Below, piece after piece: positions 37,753 to 46,119 of a stretch of 64,000 bases of DNA. Source of the DNA: Bacteroidota bacterium (GTDB taxonomy: Bacteria > Bacteroidota > Bacteroidia > Chitinophagales > BACL12); NCBI GenBank assembly GCA_016715425.1, contig JADKAC010000008.1, positions 239,853-303,852 of the forward strand. The letters run 5' to 3'. The notes beneath the pieces are model-generated. The model made no database searches, was not told the origin of the DNA, and saw nothing but the letters and a program-made list of their open reading frames with translations. The translations under genes were made by a program, and so were the position numbers. How positions within the stretch are numbered: the stretch's first letter is position 1; each line of letters begins with the position of its first letter.

Positions 37753-40725
37753 ATGAAAAAAGCGGTGTTGTTGATTTTTACTTTTTCACTCCTGATTACA
37801 AATTTATTTGGCCAGGAAACTTTTCCGGTGAATGGAGTTCATGATGTAAGAAAAATTACTTATGCATTTACCAATGCACATATTATTGTGAATCCGGATT
37901 TGCAATTAGATTCTGCAACATTGATAATTAAAGAATCAAAAATTATTGAAGTAGGAAAAAATATTGCTATTCCTGCGGATGCAGTGGTAATAGATTTAAA
38001 AGGAAAATATATCTATCCCGCTTTTATTGATTTGTATTCTGATTACGGAATTACAAAACCTGCAACGCTTACCTCTTCTTCATCCTATCCGCAAACTGAA
38101 AATGCAAGAAAAGGTGCTTACAGTTGGAATCAATCTATCACACCTGAATTTAATAGCTACACACATTTTATTATTGATACTGCTCAAGCAAATGTATTGC
38201 GTAAAAATGGATTTGCTGCTGTGCTTGCACATAATACAGATGGAATAATTCGAGGGACAGGTGCAATTGTTTTAACAGGCAATGAACGAGAAAATCAAAT
38301 GTTGTTAAAAGACAAAGCATCATTACAATATAGTTTTAGAAAAGGCGCTTCAGGTCAAGATTATCCGAGTTCGCAAATGGGCGCAATTGCATTAATTCGT
38401 CAAAGCATGTACGATGCAAAATGGTATGCAAAAACTGGGAATCAGGAAGAATATAATATTGCACTGGATGCATTAAATCAAAATCTAACTCTCAAACAAA
38501 TTTTTGATGTAAGTAATAAATTGGAAGTATTACGAGCAGATAAAATCGGTGATGAATTCGGTATTCAATATATTATAAAAGGTGGTGGAGATGAATATCA
38601 ACGATTGCAAGAAATAAAAAATACTGGAGCTACTTTAATCCTGCCGGTTAATTTTCCTGCACTGCCTGATGTAGAAGATCCATTGGATGCAAACCTCCTT
38701 TCCATCACCACATTAAAGCATTGGGAATTAGCACCTGCAAATGCAGCAATGGTGCAAAATGCAGGAATTTTATTTGCTTTCACTCAAGCAGGATTAGAAA
38801 ATAAAAAGGATTTTTTAAAAAATATTCGCAAAGCAATTTCAAATGGATTAGATTCTGCAGATGCATTGCGGGCACTTACAATTAATCCGGCAAAAATTAT
38901 TGGTATAGAAAATAATTGTGGTACTTTAGAAAAAGGAAAACTTGCAAATTTTATAATTACTTCAGCTCCAATTTTTGAAGAAGAAACGATGCTTTTTCAA
39001 ACTTGGGTGAATGGTAAAATGTATATTAATCAAACCTGGATTGATACAGATCCAAGAGGTGCTTATAAATTACAAGCCGGTAATTATACTTATGGATTAT
39101 TAATTAAAGGAAAAATAAATAAACCGGAATTTTCGATTATTAAAAATACAGATACACTAACAGCGGATGGCGATTTAAAAGGAAATTATATAACACTTTA
39201 TTTTAAAGATTCAATAAATCTGTTTCGTTTAACCGGCACTTATAACGATACAACTTTTTCCGGCAGCGGACAATTAAATTCTACATGGATTAATTGGAAT
39301 GCAACGTTTGCAAATGTGTATGCAGAGAAAAAAATTGATAAGAAAATTGATACAGTAATTATTGGTAACATCATGTATCCATTCAATGCATTTGGATGGA
39401 CAATAAAACCAACACAGCAAGATGTACTCATTAAAAATGCAACCGTTTGGACAAATGAAAAAGAGGGCATTCTTGAAAATTATGATGTACTTCTCTCGGG
39501 AGGAAAAATAAGTAAAGTGAGCAAAAATATGAATGCAAAAGATGCTCGCATTATTGATGGAACCGGCAAACATCTTACAGCAGGAATTATTGATGAACAT
39601 TCACATATTGCAATCAGTAGTGGTGTCAATGAAGGTACACAAGCAGTGAGTGCGGAGGTTAGAATTGGTGATGTAATTAATTGCGATGATATAAATATTT
39701 ATCGTCAATTAGCAGGTGGTGTAACTACTTCGCAATTGCTGCATGGTTCTTCCAATCCGATTGGCGGCCAAAGTGCAATTATTAAATTGCGATGGGGTGC
39801 AGCGCCTGAAGAAATGAAGTTTCAATCAGCTCCGCCATTTATAAAATTTGCATTAGGTGAAAATGTAAAACGCTCCAATTGGAGTTCTGGAGGAAGAGAA
39901 CGTTTTCCCCAAACACGAATGGGTGTGGAACAGACATTTGACGATGCATTTACAAGAGGTGAAGAATATATTGCTGCAAAAAAAGCTGATCCTGCAAACA
40001 CAAGAATTGATTTGGAATTAGAAGCAATTGCAGAAATATTGCAAGGTAAAAGATTTGTTACTTGCCATAGTTATGTGCAAAGCGAAATAAATATGTTGAT
40101 GCAAGTTGCTGATGCGCACCAATTTCGTATCAATACATTCACGCATATTTTAGAAGGATATAAAGTAGCAGATAAAATGAAAGCACATGGTGCAGGTGGA
40201 TCTACTTTTTCTGATTGGTGGGCTTATAAATATGAAGTAGTGGAAGCCATTCCTTTTAATGCAAGTATTATGAATGCAGTTGGAATTATCACTGCAATAA
40301 ATTCTGATGATGCAGAGATGGGTCGTCATTTAAATCAGGAAGCAGCAAAGAGTATAAAGTATGGCGGCATGAGTGAAGAAGATGCATTAAAAATGGTGAC
40401 ACTGAATCCGGCAAAGCTGATGCATATTGATGATAAAGTGGGAAGTATAAAAGAAGGTAAAGATGCAGATGTTGTTTTGTGGAGCGATAATCCATTGAGC
40501 ATTTATGCAAAAGCAGAAAAAACATTTGTTGATGGAATTCTCTATTATGATATTGATACAGAACAACAAAAACAAGAAGCATTACAAACAGAACGCAACA
40601 GAATAATTGCAAAAATGCTTGCTTCAAAAAAGAATGGTGAAGCCACTATTACAGTTTCAGAAATTCTGGAACCTGAATTTCACTGCGACGATGATTTTGA
40701 TTTTATAACCGGTAATGATTATTAA
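37753..40725 (+). CDS. Secreted double-barrel amidohydrolase family protein (degenerate N-terminal half plus intact C-terminal half)
   Basis: Signal peptide. C-half has GIIDEHSHIA (HxH), VTCHSY, FTHILEGY, INSDDAE and GSIKEGKDADVVLW. N-half has the fold pattern (KGKYIYPAFIDLYSDYG ... GTLEKGKLANFII) but no HxH. Confidence 0.85.
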   Translation: MKKAVLLIFTFSLLITNLFGQETFPVNGVHDVRKITYAFTNAHIIVNPDLQLDSATLIIKESKIIEVGKNIAIPADAVVIDLKGKYIYPAFIDLYSDYGITKPATLTSSSSYPQTENARKGAYSWNQSITPEFNSYTHFIIDTAQANVLRKNGFAAVLAHNTDGIIRGTGAIVLTGNERENQMLLKDKASLQYSFRKGASGQDYPSSQMGAIALIRQSMYDAKWYAKTGNQEEYNIALDALNQNLTLKQIFDVSNKLEVLRADKIGDEFGIQYIIKGGGDEYQRLQEIKNTGATLILPVNFPALPDVEDPLDANLLSITTLKHWELAPANAAMVQNAGILFAFTQAGLENKKDFLKNIRKAISNGLDSADALRALTINPAKIIGIENNCGTLEKGKLANFIITSAPIFEEETMLFQTWVNGKMYINQTWIDTDPRGAYKLQAGNYTYGLLIKGKINKPEFSIIKNTDTLTADGDLKGNYITLYFKDSINLFRLTGTYNDTTFSGSGQLNSTWINWNATFANVYAEKKIDKKIDTVIIGNIMYPFNAFGWTIKPTQQDVLIKNATVWTNEKEGILENYDVLLSGGKISKVSKNMNAKDARIIDGTGKHLTAGIIDEHSHIAISSGVNEGTQAVSAEVRIGDVINCDDINIYRQLAGGVTTSQLLHGSSNPIGGQSAIIKLRWGAAPEEMKFQSAPPFIKFALGENVKRSNWSSGGRERFPQTRMGVEQTFDDAFTRGEEYIAAKKADPANTRIDLELEAIAEILQGKRFVTCHSYVQSEINMLMQVADAHQFRINTFTHILEGYKVADKMKAHGAGGSTFSDWWAYKYEVVEAIPFNASIMNAVGIITAINSDDAEMGRHLNQEAAKSIKYGGMSEEDALKMVTLNPAKLMHIDDKVGSIKEGKDADVVLWSDNPLSIYAKAEKTFVDGILYYDIDTEQQKQEALQTERNRIIAKMLASKKNGEATITVSEILEPEFHCDDDFDFITGNDY

Positions 40726-40728
40726 TTT

Positions 40729-42021
40729 ATGAAAAAAATAATAACAACATACGCATGTGTATTTATTCTGACTGTTGCATTTGCACAGAGTTATGATACA
40801 ATACAAACACAGCCTATTATAATTGCAAATGCAACTATACATATTGGTGATGGTACTGTGATTGAAAATGGAATTATCGCTTTTGAAAAAGGTGTGATAT
40901 TATTTGTTGGTGATGCGAGAACTGTAAAATATAATCCTGAAGGATTTGAAGTAATTTATGCCGCCGGAAAACATATTTATCCGGGACTTATTGCACCAAA
41001 TACTACACTTGGTTTAAATGAATTAGAAGCGGTGCGGGCTACCAATGATATGCAGGAAGTCGGAAAATTTAATCCGAATGTTCGCAGTATTGTTGCATAT
41101 AATACAGACTCCAGAGTAATTCCTACTTTGCGCACTAATGGAATTTTATTTGCACAAATAGTACCTGTAGGAGGAACAATCAGCGGCACTTCATCTATAG
41201 TGGAAACAGATGGTTGGAATTGGGAAGATGCCGCTTATAAAATGGATAATGGTCTTCAAATTAACTGGCCTTCTTTTAATACTTATAAATGGAATAATAG
41301 TTATCAGGTAATTGAAAATCCAGATTATGTAAATACTGTTTCTGAAATAGAAAACTATTTTCAACTAGCATTGGCATACAGTAAAGATGAAACACATACA
41401 CCGGTGAATCTGCGATTTGAAGCGATGCAGGGTGTATTTAATGGTGAGAAGAAATTATTTATTCATGCAAACGGCGCTAAAGAAATTACACATGCAATTC
41501 ACTTTGCAGAATCAATTCAAATTACTCCTGTAATTGTAGGTGGTAATGAAGCAAATCTTGTTTTGACTTTATTAAAAGAAAAAAATATTCCTGTTATTCT
41601 TGAACGTGTACATGCGCTTCCTTCCCGTAATGATTACGATATTGACATGGCATATAAACTTCCTTTTATTTTACAACAAGCAGGAATTCTTTACGGAATA
41701 TCTGTAAGTAATGGCAGCGAAGGTTTTTGGAACCAACGCAATCTGCCTTTTGAAGCCGGAACAGCAGCAGCTTATGGTTTAACAAAAGAAGAAGCATTGC
41801 AATGCATAACTCTAAATAATGCTAAAATACTTGGTATAGATTCTACAGCAGGTTCATTGGAAAAAGGAAAAGATGCAACACTATTAATTTGTGAAGGAGA
41901 CATTTTAGATATGCGCACAAATAAAATAAGCACAGCATTTATCAGAGGAAGAAAAGTTGCAACAGAAAACTGGCAGAATGCTTTATATGAGAAATACAGT
42001 AAAAAATATAATCTGAAATAA
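40729..42021 (+). CDS. Secreted amidohydrolase-like protein lacking the HxH metal motif
   Basis: Signal peptide MKKIITTYACVFILTVAFAQ. It shows GKHIYPGLIAPNTTLG where ID-x-H-x-H is expected. The C-terminal GSLEKGKDATLLICEGDILD is typical of the fold. It starts 3 nt after the upstream gene. Confidence 0.8.
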   Translation: MKKIITTYACVFILTVAFAQSYDTIQTQPIIIANATIHIGDGTVIENGIIAFEKGVILFVGDARTVKYNPEGFEVIYAAGKHIYPGLIAPNTTLGLNELEAVRATNDMQEVGKFNPNVRSIVAYNTDSRVIPTLRTNGILFAQIVPVGGTISGTSSIVETDGWNWEDAAYKMDNGLQINWPSFNTYKWNNSYQVIENPDYVNTVSEIENYFQLALAYSKDETHTPVNLRFEAMQGVFNGEKKLFIHANGAKEITHAIHFAESIQITPVIVGGNEANLVLTLLKEKNIPVILERVHALPSRNDYDIDMAYKLPFILQQAGILYGISVSNGSEGFWNQRNLPFEAGTAAAYGLTKEEALQCITLNNAKILGIDSTAGSLEKGKDATLLICEGDILDMRTNKISTAFIRGRKVATENWQNALYEKYSKKYNLK

Positions 42022-42051
42022 TTTTTATTAGCCTAATAAATGATTTCTTCG

Positions 42052-42096
42052 TGCATTTGCCTGGCCGGCAGGCAGGTTCGTGGCTGCATTTTTTTT
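42052..42096 (+). terminator. Probable terminator: GC-rich imperfect hairpin followed by T8
   Basis: tgcatttgcctggccggcaggcaggttcgtggctgca then tttttttt (42089-42096). The inner stem tgcctg/caggca has loop gccgg, and the outer pairs are tgca..gcc / ggc..tgca. The structure is imperfect. Confidence 0.5.
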
Positions 42097-42210
42097 ATGA
42101 TGCATAAAAGGCTGAATTTTTTCCTTATTTCAAAAATTAAATTTTGATAGAGGATTAAAATAATCCTTATGAATAAAATATAATCTGAAAAAGAAAAAAT
42201 TTATTACTGC

Positions 42211-42241
42211 AAAAAAAAGCTCCCGGACATTCAGGAGCTTT
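42211..42241 (-). terminator. Rho-independent terminator of the exbB-exbD operon
   Basis: The minus strand reads aaagctcc-tgaatgtccg-ggagcttt followed by tttttttt (plus-strand A-run 42211-42218). It lies 24 nt after the exbD stop. Confidence 0.8.
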
Positions 42242-42264
42242 CTATATAAAAAATTTTAAATCAA

Positions 42265-42735
42265 TTATTTCTTTTCAATACGACCTGTAGTAATATAAGT
42301 AATTTTTAAAGCATTTGCTTTTCGCAATTCTGTTTTTACATCCGTCAAGATTCCCACATTTACATCTCTATCCACTTTTAGCGCCATAATAATTTTAGCA
42401 CGATTCTCCGAAGGCATTTTTTGTTTTTCGGTTTCCACAAAAGCGGCAATATCAGAAACATCTGCAAACTGATCATTTAATTGGAGCCTTGGCGATGTAC
42501 CTAATTCTTTCTGATACATTTTTTCTGGCGCACCTACATAAATGTAACTGAGCAAATCTTTCTTCTCTAATTTTTCCATTTCTGTAGCTTGCGGCAATGA
42601 TTGTTTTACTTTAATTTCAGTTTCACGCAAACGAGTAGCCACCATAAAGAAGAACAATAGAATAAATACAATATCCGGTAGCGAAGATGTGCTTATCCCG
42701 GGTATTTTTTTTGGTTTCTTGACAAACTGAGGCAT
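42265..42735 (-). CDS. exbD: Biopolymer transport protein ExbD/TolR
   Basis: N-terminal ISTSSLPDIVFILLFFFMVAT TM anchor motif. 156 aa. Located in the exbB cluster. Confidence 0.85.
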   Translation of the reverse strand: MPQFVKKPKKIPGISTSSLPDIVFILLFFFMVATRLRETEIKVKQSLPQATEMEKLEKKDLLSYIYVGAPEKMYQKELGTSPRLQLNDQFADVSDIAAFVETEKQKMPSENRAKIIMALKVDRDVNVGILTDVKTELRKANALKITYITTGRIEKK

Positions 42736-42741
42736 ATTCTT

Positions 42742-43296
42742 TTATTTTTTAGTCGCTCCGAATTCTGTAGGCTCCGCTTCAGAAATCCGGATAGGATACA
42801 TAGTTTTTATTTCATCAATACGAACTGAATCTGTCAGGTCATTCATTACCTTACCATATTTTCGTTTCGAGACATCATCTCTCAAATCAGAATAGGCTCC
42901 TCTCAATTCATTATATACTTCGATATACATATTATAAGAAGTACCTCTGTCTCCTTTAAAAGAAACAATTGCATCCAAAGGACTATCCGACATTGTAGGA
43001 TCTGCACCATTGTTATTAATAAATTTTTTGGTAAAATCTCTGAGTTGAGTTACTTCCATAACATTTTCTTCTACCAGCAACTGGTCACGTGAATTCACAT
43101 TCACTGTTAATGTATTTCTATTGTTAGATTCTACAGGAGGTGGTGGCACATCGGTATAAGGTGGTAAGGTTACATTAATTCCTTCGTCAATACTTATCTC
43201 GGTAGTTACCAGAAAAAATATCAGCAATAGAAATGCAATATCTGCCATTGAACTGGCATTTACTTCAGGCGCATCTTTTTTCTTTCTTTTATGCAT
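42742..43296 (-). CDS. exbD: Biopolymer transport protein ExbD/TolR (second copy)
   Basis: KRKKKDAPEVNASSMADIAFLLLIFFLVTT is the typical ExbD N-terminus. The ATG at 43294-43296 (MHKRKKK...) is preferred over the longer track ORF start (43326), because it removes the overlap with the upstream gene. Confidence 0.85.
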   Translation of the reverse strand: MHKRKKKDAPEVNASSMADIAFLLLIFFLVTTEISIDEGINVTLPPYTDVPPPPVESNNRNTLTVNVNSRDQLLVEENVMEVTQLRDFTKKFINNNGADPTMSDSPLDAIVSFKGDRGTSYNMYIEVYNELRGAYSDLRDDVSKRKYGKVMNDLTDSVRIDEIKTMYPIRISEAEPTEFGATKK

Positions 43297-43306
43297 ATTC
43301 TTCGGT

Positions 43307-43627
43307 TTATTTAAATGCATCAACAATCGCAGTACCGATAGCTGTAACCACAGCTACAATAATAAGCACCGCCATAGTAATAATTCCTGCTGTAACAAAT
43401 TTCACAGTACCTCCACTCACATCAATAGCAGCCGGATTTACATCGGAAGCCATTGCAAAGGATATAAAAAATATAACCAGTATGATACCCACACCAATCA
43501 ATAGTTTTAAAGAACCTTTTAAATTTTGAAATATACCTGCGAATAAAGAGAATACAAATAATATTGTACAAATAGCAATAAGTATAACGCCTGCAGGCAG
43601 AACAATATTTGTCATTAAACTTTCCAT
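43307..43627 (-). CDS. Small hydrophobic membrane protein within the exbB-exbD cluster
   Basis: 106 aa with 3-4 predicted TM helices and no motif. Its position between exbB and exbD recurs in Bacteroidota, as far as I recall. Confidence 0.65.
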   Translation of the reverse strand: MESLMTNIVLPAGVILIAICTILFVFSLFAGIFQNLKGSLKLLIGVGIILVIFFISFAMASDVNPAAIDVSGGTVKFVTAGIITMAVLIIVAVVTAIGTAIVDAFK

Positions 43628-43645
43628 TAGTAATTATTTTATTGG

Positions 43646-44377
43646 TCAGGCAATTTTATTCTTCACAAGTAAATCTATGAAAGTGATTGAACTGTCTTCC
43701 ATTTTATTTACAATACTTTCAATTTTAGAGGCAATAAAGTTGTAAAATACTTGCAGAATAATGGCAACAATAAGCCCGAATACTGTAGTTAATAATGCTA
43801 CCTTAATACCGCTTGCAACAATGGTTGCTGAAATAGCTCCGGCGTTAGCGATATCATCAAAAGCCTGAACCATCCCGATTACTGTTCCAAAGAATCCAAG
43901 CATTGGCGCCAATGCAATGAATAATGAAATCCAGGATAACCCTTTTTCTAATTGACCCATTTGAACAGATCCATAAGAAGAAACAGTTTTCTCTACGATA
44001 TCAATTCCTTCGTCGGTGCGGGTAAGACCCTGATACATGATTGAAGCAATAGGACCACGTGTTGCTTTGCAAAAACTTTTCGCTTTCTCCACATCTTTTG
44101 CAACTAAAGACTTTTCAATATTTGCCAATAATTTATCTGCATTGATATCAGCAAGACTTAAAGTAATGATACGCTCAATACAAAAAGCAAGTCCGAGAAT
44201 AAGACAAACAAGAATAGTAGACATAAAAGCCCAGCCACCTTCTATAAAGTAGCGTTTCATTAAAGTAATACCACCTTCGCTGGCAACTACTTCTTCAGCA
44301 GCATCCTGTGCCATTAACACACCAGGGATGATAACAAATACCCCTAACAGGGCGATAATTCCAATCAACTTTTTCAT
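43646..44377 (-). CDS. exbB: MotA/TolQ/ExbB proton-channel family protein
   Basis: Three TM helices and the conserved LAPMLGFFGTVIGMVQAF and ALLTTVFGLIVAI motifs. Confidence 0.9.
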   Translation of the reverse strand: MKKLIGIIALLGVFVIIPGVLMAQDAAEEVVASEGGITLMKRYFIEGGWAFMSTILVCLILGLAFCIERIITLSLADINADKLLANIEKSLVAKDVEKAKSFCKATRGPIASIMYQGLTRTDEGIDIVEKTVSSYGSVQMGQLEKGLSWISLFIALAPMLGFFGTVIGMVQAFDDIANAGAISATIVASGIKVALLTTVFGLIVAIILQVFYNFIASKIESIVNKMEDSSITFIDLLVKNKIA

Positions 44378-44493
44378 AAAGTGAAATTTGTTTTTATTAG
44401 ATATTTAAAAGATTGAGATACAAATAAAGCAATTTTAAACGTGTACACGAAATAGCAAGTTAAATTTTTAAAAAAATAATTCTCCATTTCCTG

Positions 44494-44581
44494 CGGAGAG
44501 AGAGGGATTCGAACCCTCGATACCCTTTAGAGGCATACACACTTTCCAGGCGTGCTCCTTAAACCACTCGGACATCTCTCC
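44494..44581 (-). tRNA. tRNA-Ser (anticodon GGA), class II with long variable arm
   Basis: The reverse complement is GGAGAGAUGUCCGAGUGGUUUAAGGAGCACGCCUGGAAAGUGUGUAUGCCUCUAAAGGGUAUCGAGGGUUCGAAUCCCUCUCUCUCCG. It has a 7-bp acceptor stem GGAGAGA/UCUCUCC, anticodon loop CUGGAAA, T-loop GGUUCGAAUCC, and no encoded CCA. Confidence 0.95.
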
Positions 44582-44649
44582 ATTTTAATAAGGGCGACAA
44601 AGGTTTAAAATAATACCGATAGCACCAAACATTAATTTTATCACTAACT

Positions 44650-45426
44650 CTACTCTCCGGCATATTTAAATACCTTATTGGCATTTTTGTTTGTTACTTC
44701 TACTATTAATTCCACAGGGTGTTCTAAAACTTCAGATAATTTTTTTGCAACCAGGTTTATGTAAGCCGGTTCATTGCGTTTACCACGATAAGGAACCGGT
44801 GCAAGATAAGGAGAATCAGTTTCTAACACTATTGACTTCAAATGATAATTTGACAAAACTTTGTCAAGACCACCATTCTTAAATGTTACCACTCCTCCTA
44901 TTCCTATCATTAACCCGGTATTTATAGCTCGTTCCAATTGTTGAGTACTTCCTGAGAAGCAGTGAAAAATTCCTGTAAGATTTCCATCCTGATGTTTCTC
45001 TATTATATGTATGCAATCATCCGTGGCATTGCGGGAATGTATAATTATAGGTAACTGCATTTGCTTCGCCCAAATAATCTGTTGTTCAAATGCAGCAATT
45101 TGCTGATCCTTAAAACTCAAATCCCAAAAATAATCCAACCCTGTTTCACCAATACCGTAAAATGTTGTTGATTTATTTTGAAATTGTTCTTCCATTTTTT
45201 CCAACACACTTTTAAAATCTTCTTTCACGGAACATGGATGCAGACCAATCATTGGAAAACATTTTTCAGGATATTTAGAATGTAACTGCAACATCGGCTC
45301 AATAGTTTCTAAATCTATATTGGGCATATAAATTCTGATAACATCTTTTGCATTCGCTATCATATTATCTCTGTCGGCATCAAACTCCGGCAAATAAATA
45401 TGCGCATGTGTATCAATTAAATTCAT
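44650..45426 (-). CDS. TatD family metal-dependent hydrolase/DNase
   Basis: LIDTHAHIY (HxH), GETGLDY, IIIHSR, HCFSG and LETDSPYL motifs. Confidence 0.9.
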   Translation of the reverse strand: MNLIDTHAHIYLPEFDADRDNMIANAKDVIRIYMPNIDLETIEPMLQLHSKYPEKCFPMIGLHPCSVKEDFKSVLEKMEEQFQNKSTTFYGIGETGLDYFWDLSFKDQQIAAFEQQIIWAKQMQLPIIIHSRNATDDCIHIIEKHQDGNLTGIFHCFSGSTQQLERAINTGLMIGIGGVVTFKNGGLDKVLSNYHLKSIVLETDSPYLAPVPYRGKRNEPAYINLVAKKLSEVLEHPVELIVEVTNKNANKVFKYAGE

Positions 45427-46042
45427 TCATCGCTTTTGGTAGAGGCTTAAAAGTAAAACCCTTTTCAGAAAAATATTTTAATACAAGGGGCAAGGCACCT
45501 AATACATTATGTTTTGCTTTTTCACTGTCGTGAAATACAACAATACTTCCTGATTCAGTATGTTGAATAACATTATCAGCACATGATTCCGGAGTTTGCG
45601 CAACATCAAAATCACCACTCAACACATCCCACATTATTATACGATATTGATTGCGCAAATGCTGAATTTGCTTTATTCCAATGCGTCCATAGGGCGGTCT
45701 GAATAAATTTGAATTTGCAAGTGTATTACAGGCCTCTATATTATTAATGTATTCTTCATCTTTAGATTTCCATCCATTCAAATGGTTATAAGTATGATTG
45801 CCAATGGTATGACCTTCATTAATAATTCTATCAAAAAGATCCGGATGTTTTTTAATATTCTCTCCAATGCAAAAAAATGTGGAAGCGGCATTGTATCGGC
45901 TTAACAATTCCAACACTTTTTCAGTAACCACCGGCACAGGACCATCATCAAACGTAAGATAAATTTCTTTTTGCCCAGACATATTCCAAATGAGTCCGGG
46001 ATAAACTGCTTTCACATACCAAGGTGTTTTAATCCAATACAT
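45413..46042 (-). CDS. Polysaccharide deacetylase (NodB/CE4 family) protein
   Basis: YLTFDDGP (motif 1), GHTIGNHTYNH (motif 2) and RPPYG (motif 3). Confidence 0.85.
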   Translation of the reverse strand: MYWIKTPWYVKAVYPGLIWNMSGQKEIYLTFDDGPVPVVTEKVLELLSRYNAASTFFCIGENIKKHPDLFDRIINEGHTIGNHTYNHLNGWKSKDEEYINNIEACNTLANSNLFRPPYGRIGIKQIQHLRNQYRIIMWDVLSGDFDVAQTPESCADNVIQHTESGSIVVFHDSEKAKHNVLGALPLVLKYFSEKGFTFKPLPKAMNEFN

Positions 46043-46107
46043 TTATAAACAATAATACTAATTTATTTTTCTAATCCATTTCTTGCAATGTCTTATGTGC
46101 GATGTTT

Positions 46108-46115
46108 TAACTTTG
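46108..46115 (+). promoter_or_regulatory. TAnnTTTG box immediately upstream of gltX
   Basis: taactttg ends 4 nt before the GTG start. If it is functional, the mRNA would be nearly leaderless. Weak call. Confidence 0.2.
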
Positions 46116-46119
46116 CGAT

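Noticed and set aside
42052-42096. GC-rich structured segment considered as a small ncRNA (for example an SRP RNA fragment)
   Set aside because: It lacks the conserved SRP domain IV motifs. It is short and immediately followed by T8, so a terminator hairpin is the simpler explanation.
44378-44649. tRNA-Ser locus as a possible integration site of a genomic island
   Set aside because: There is no integrase, no direct repeat of the tRNA 3' end, and housekeeping genes lie on both sides (the exbB operon and tatD).
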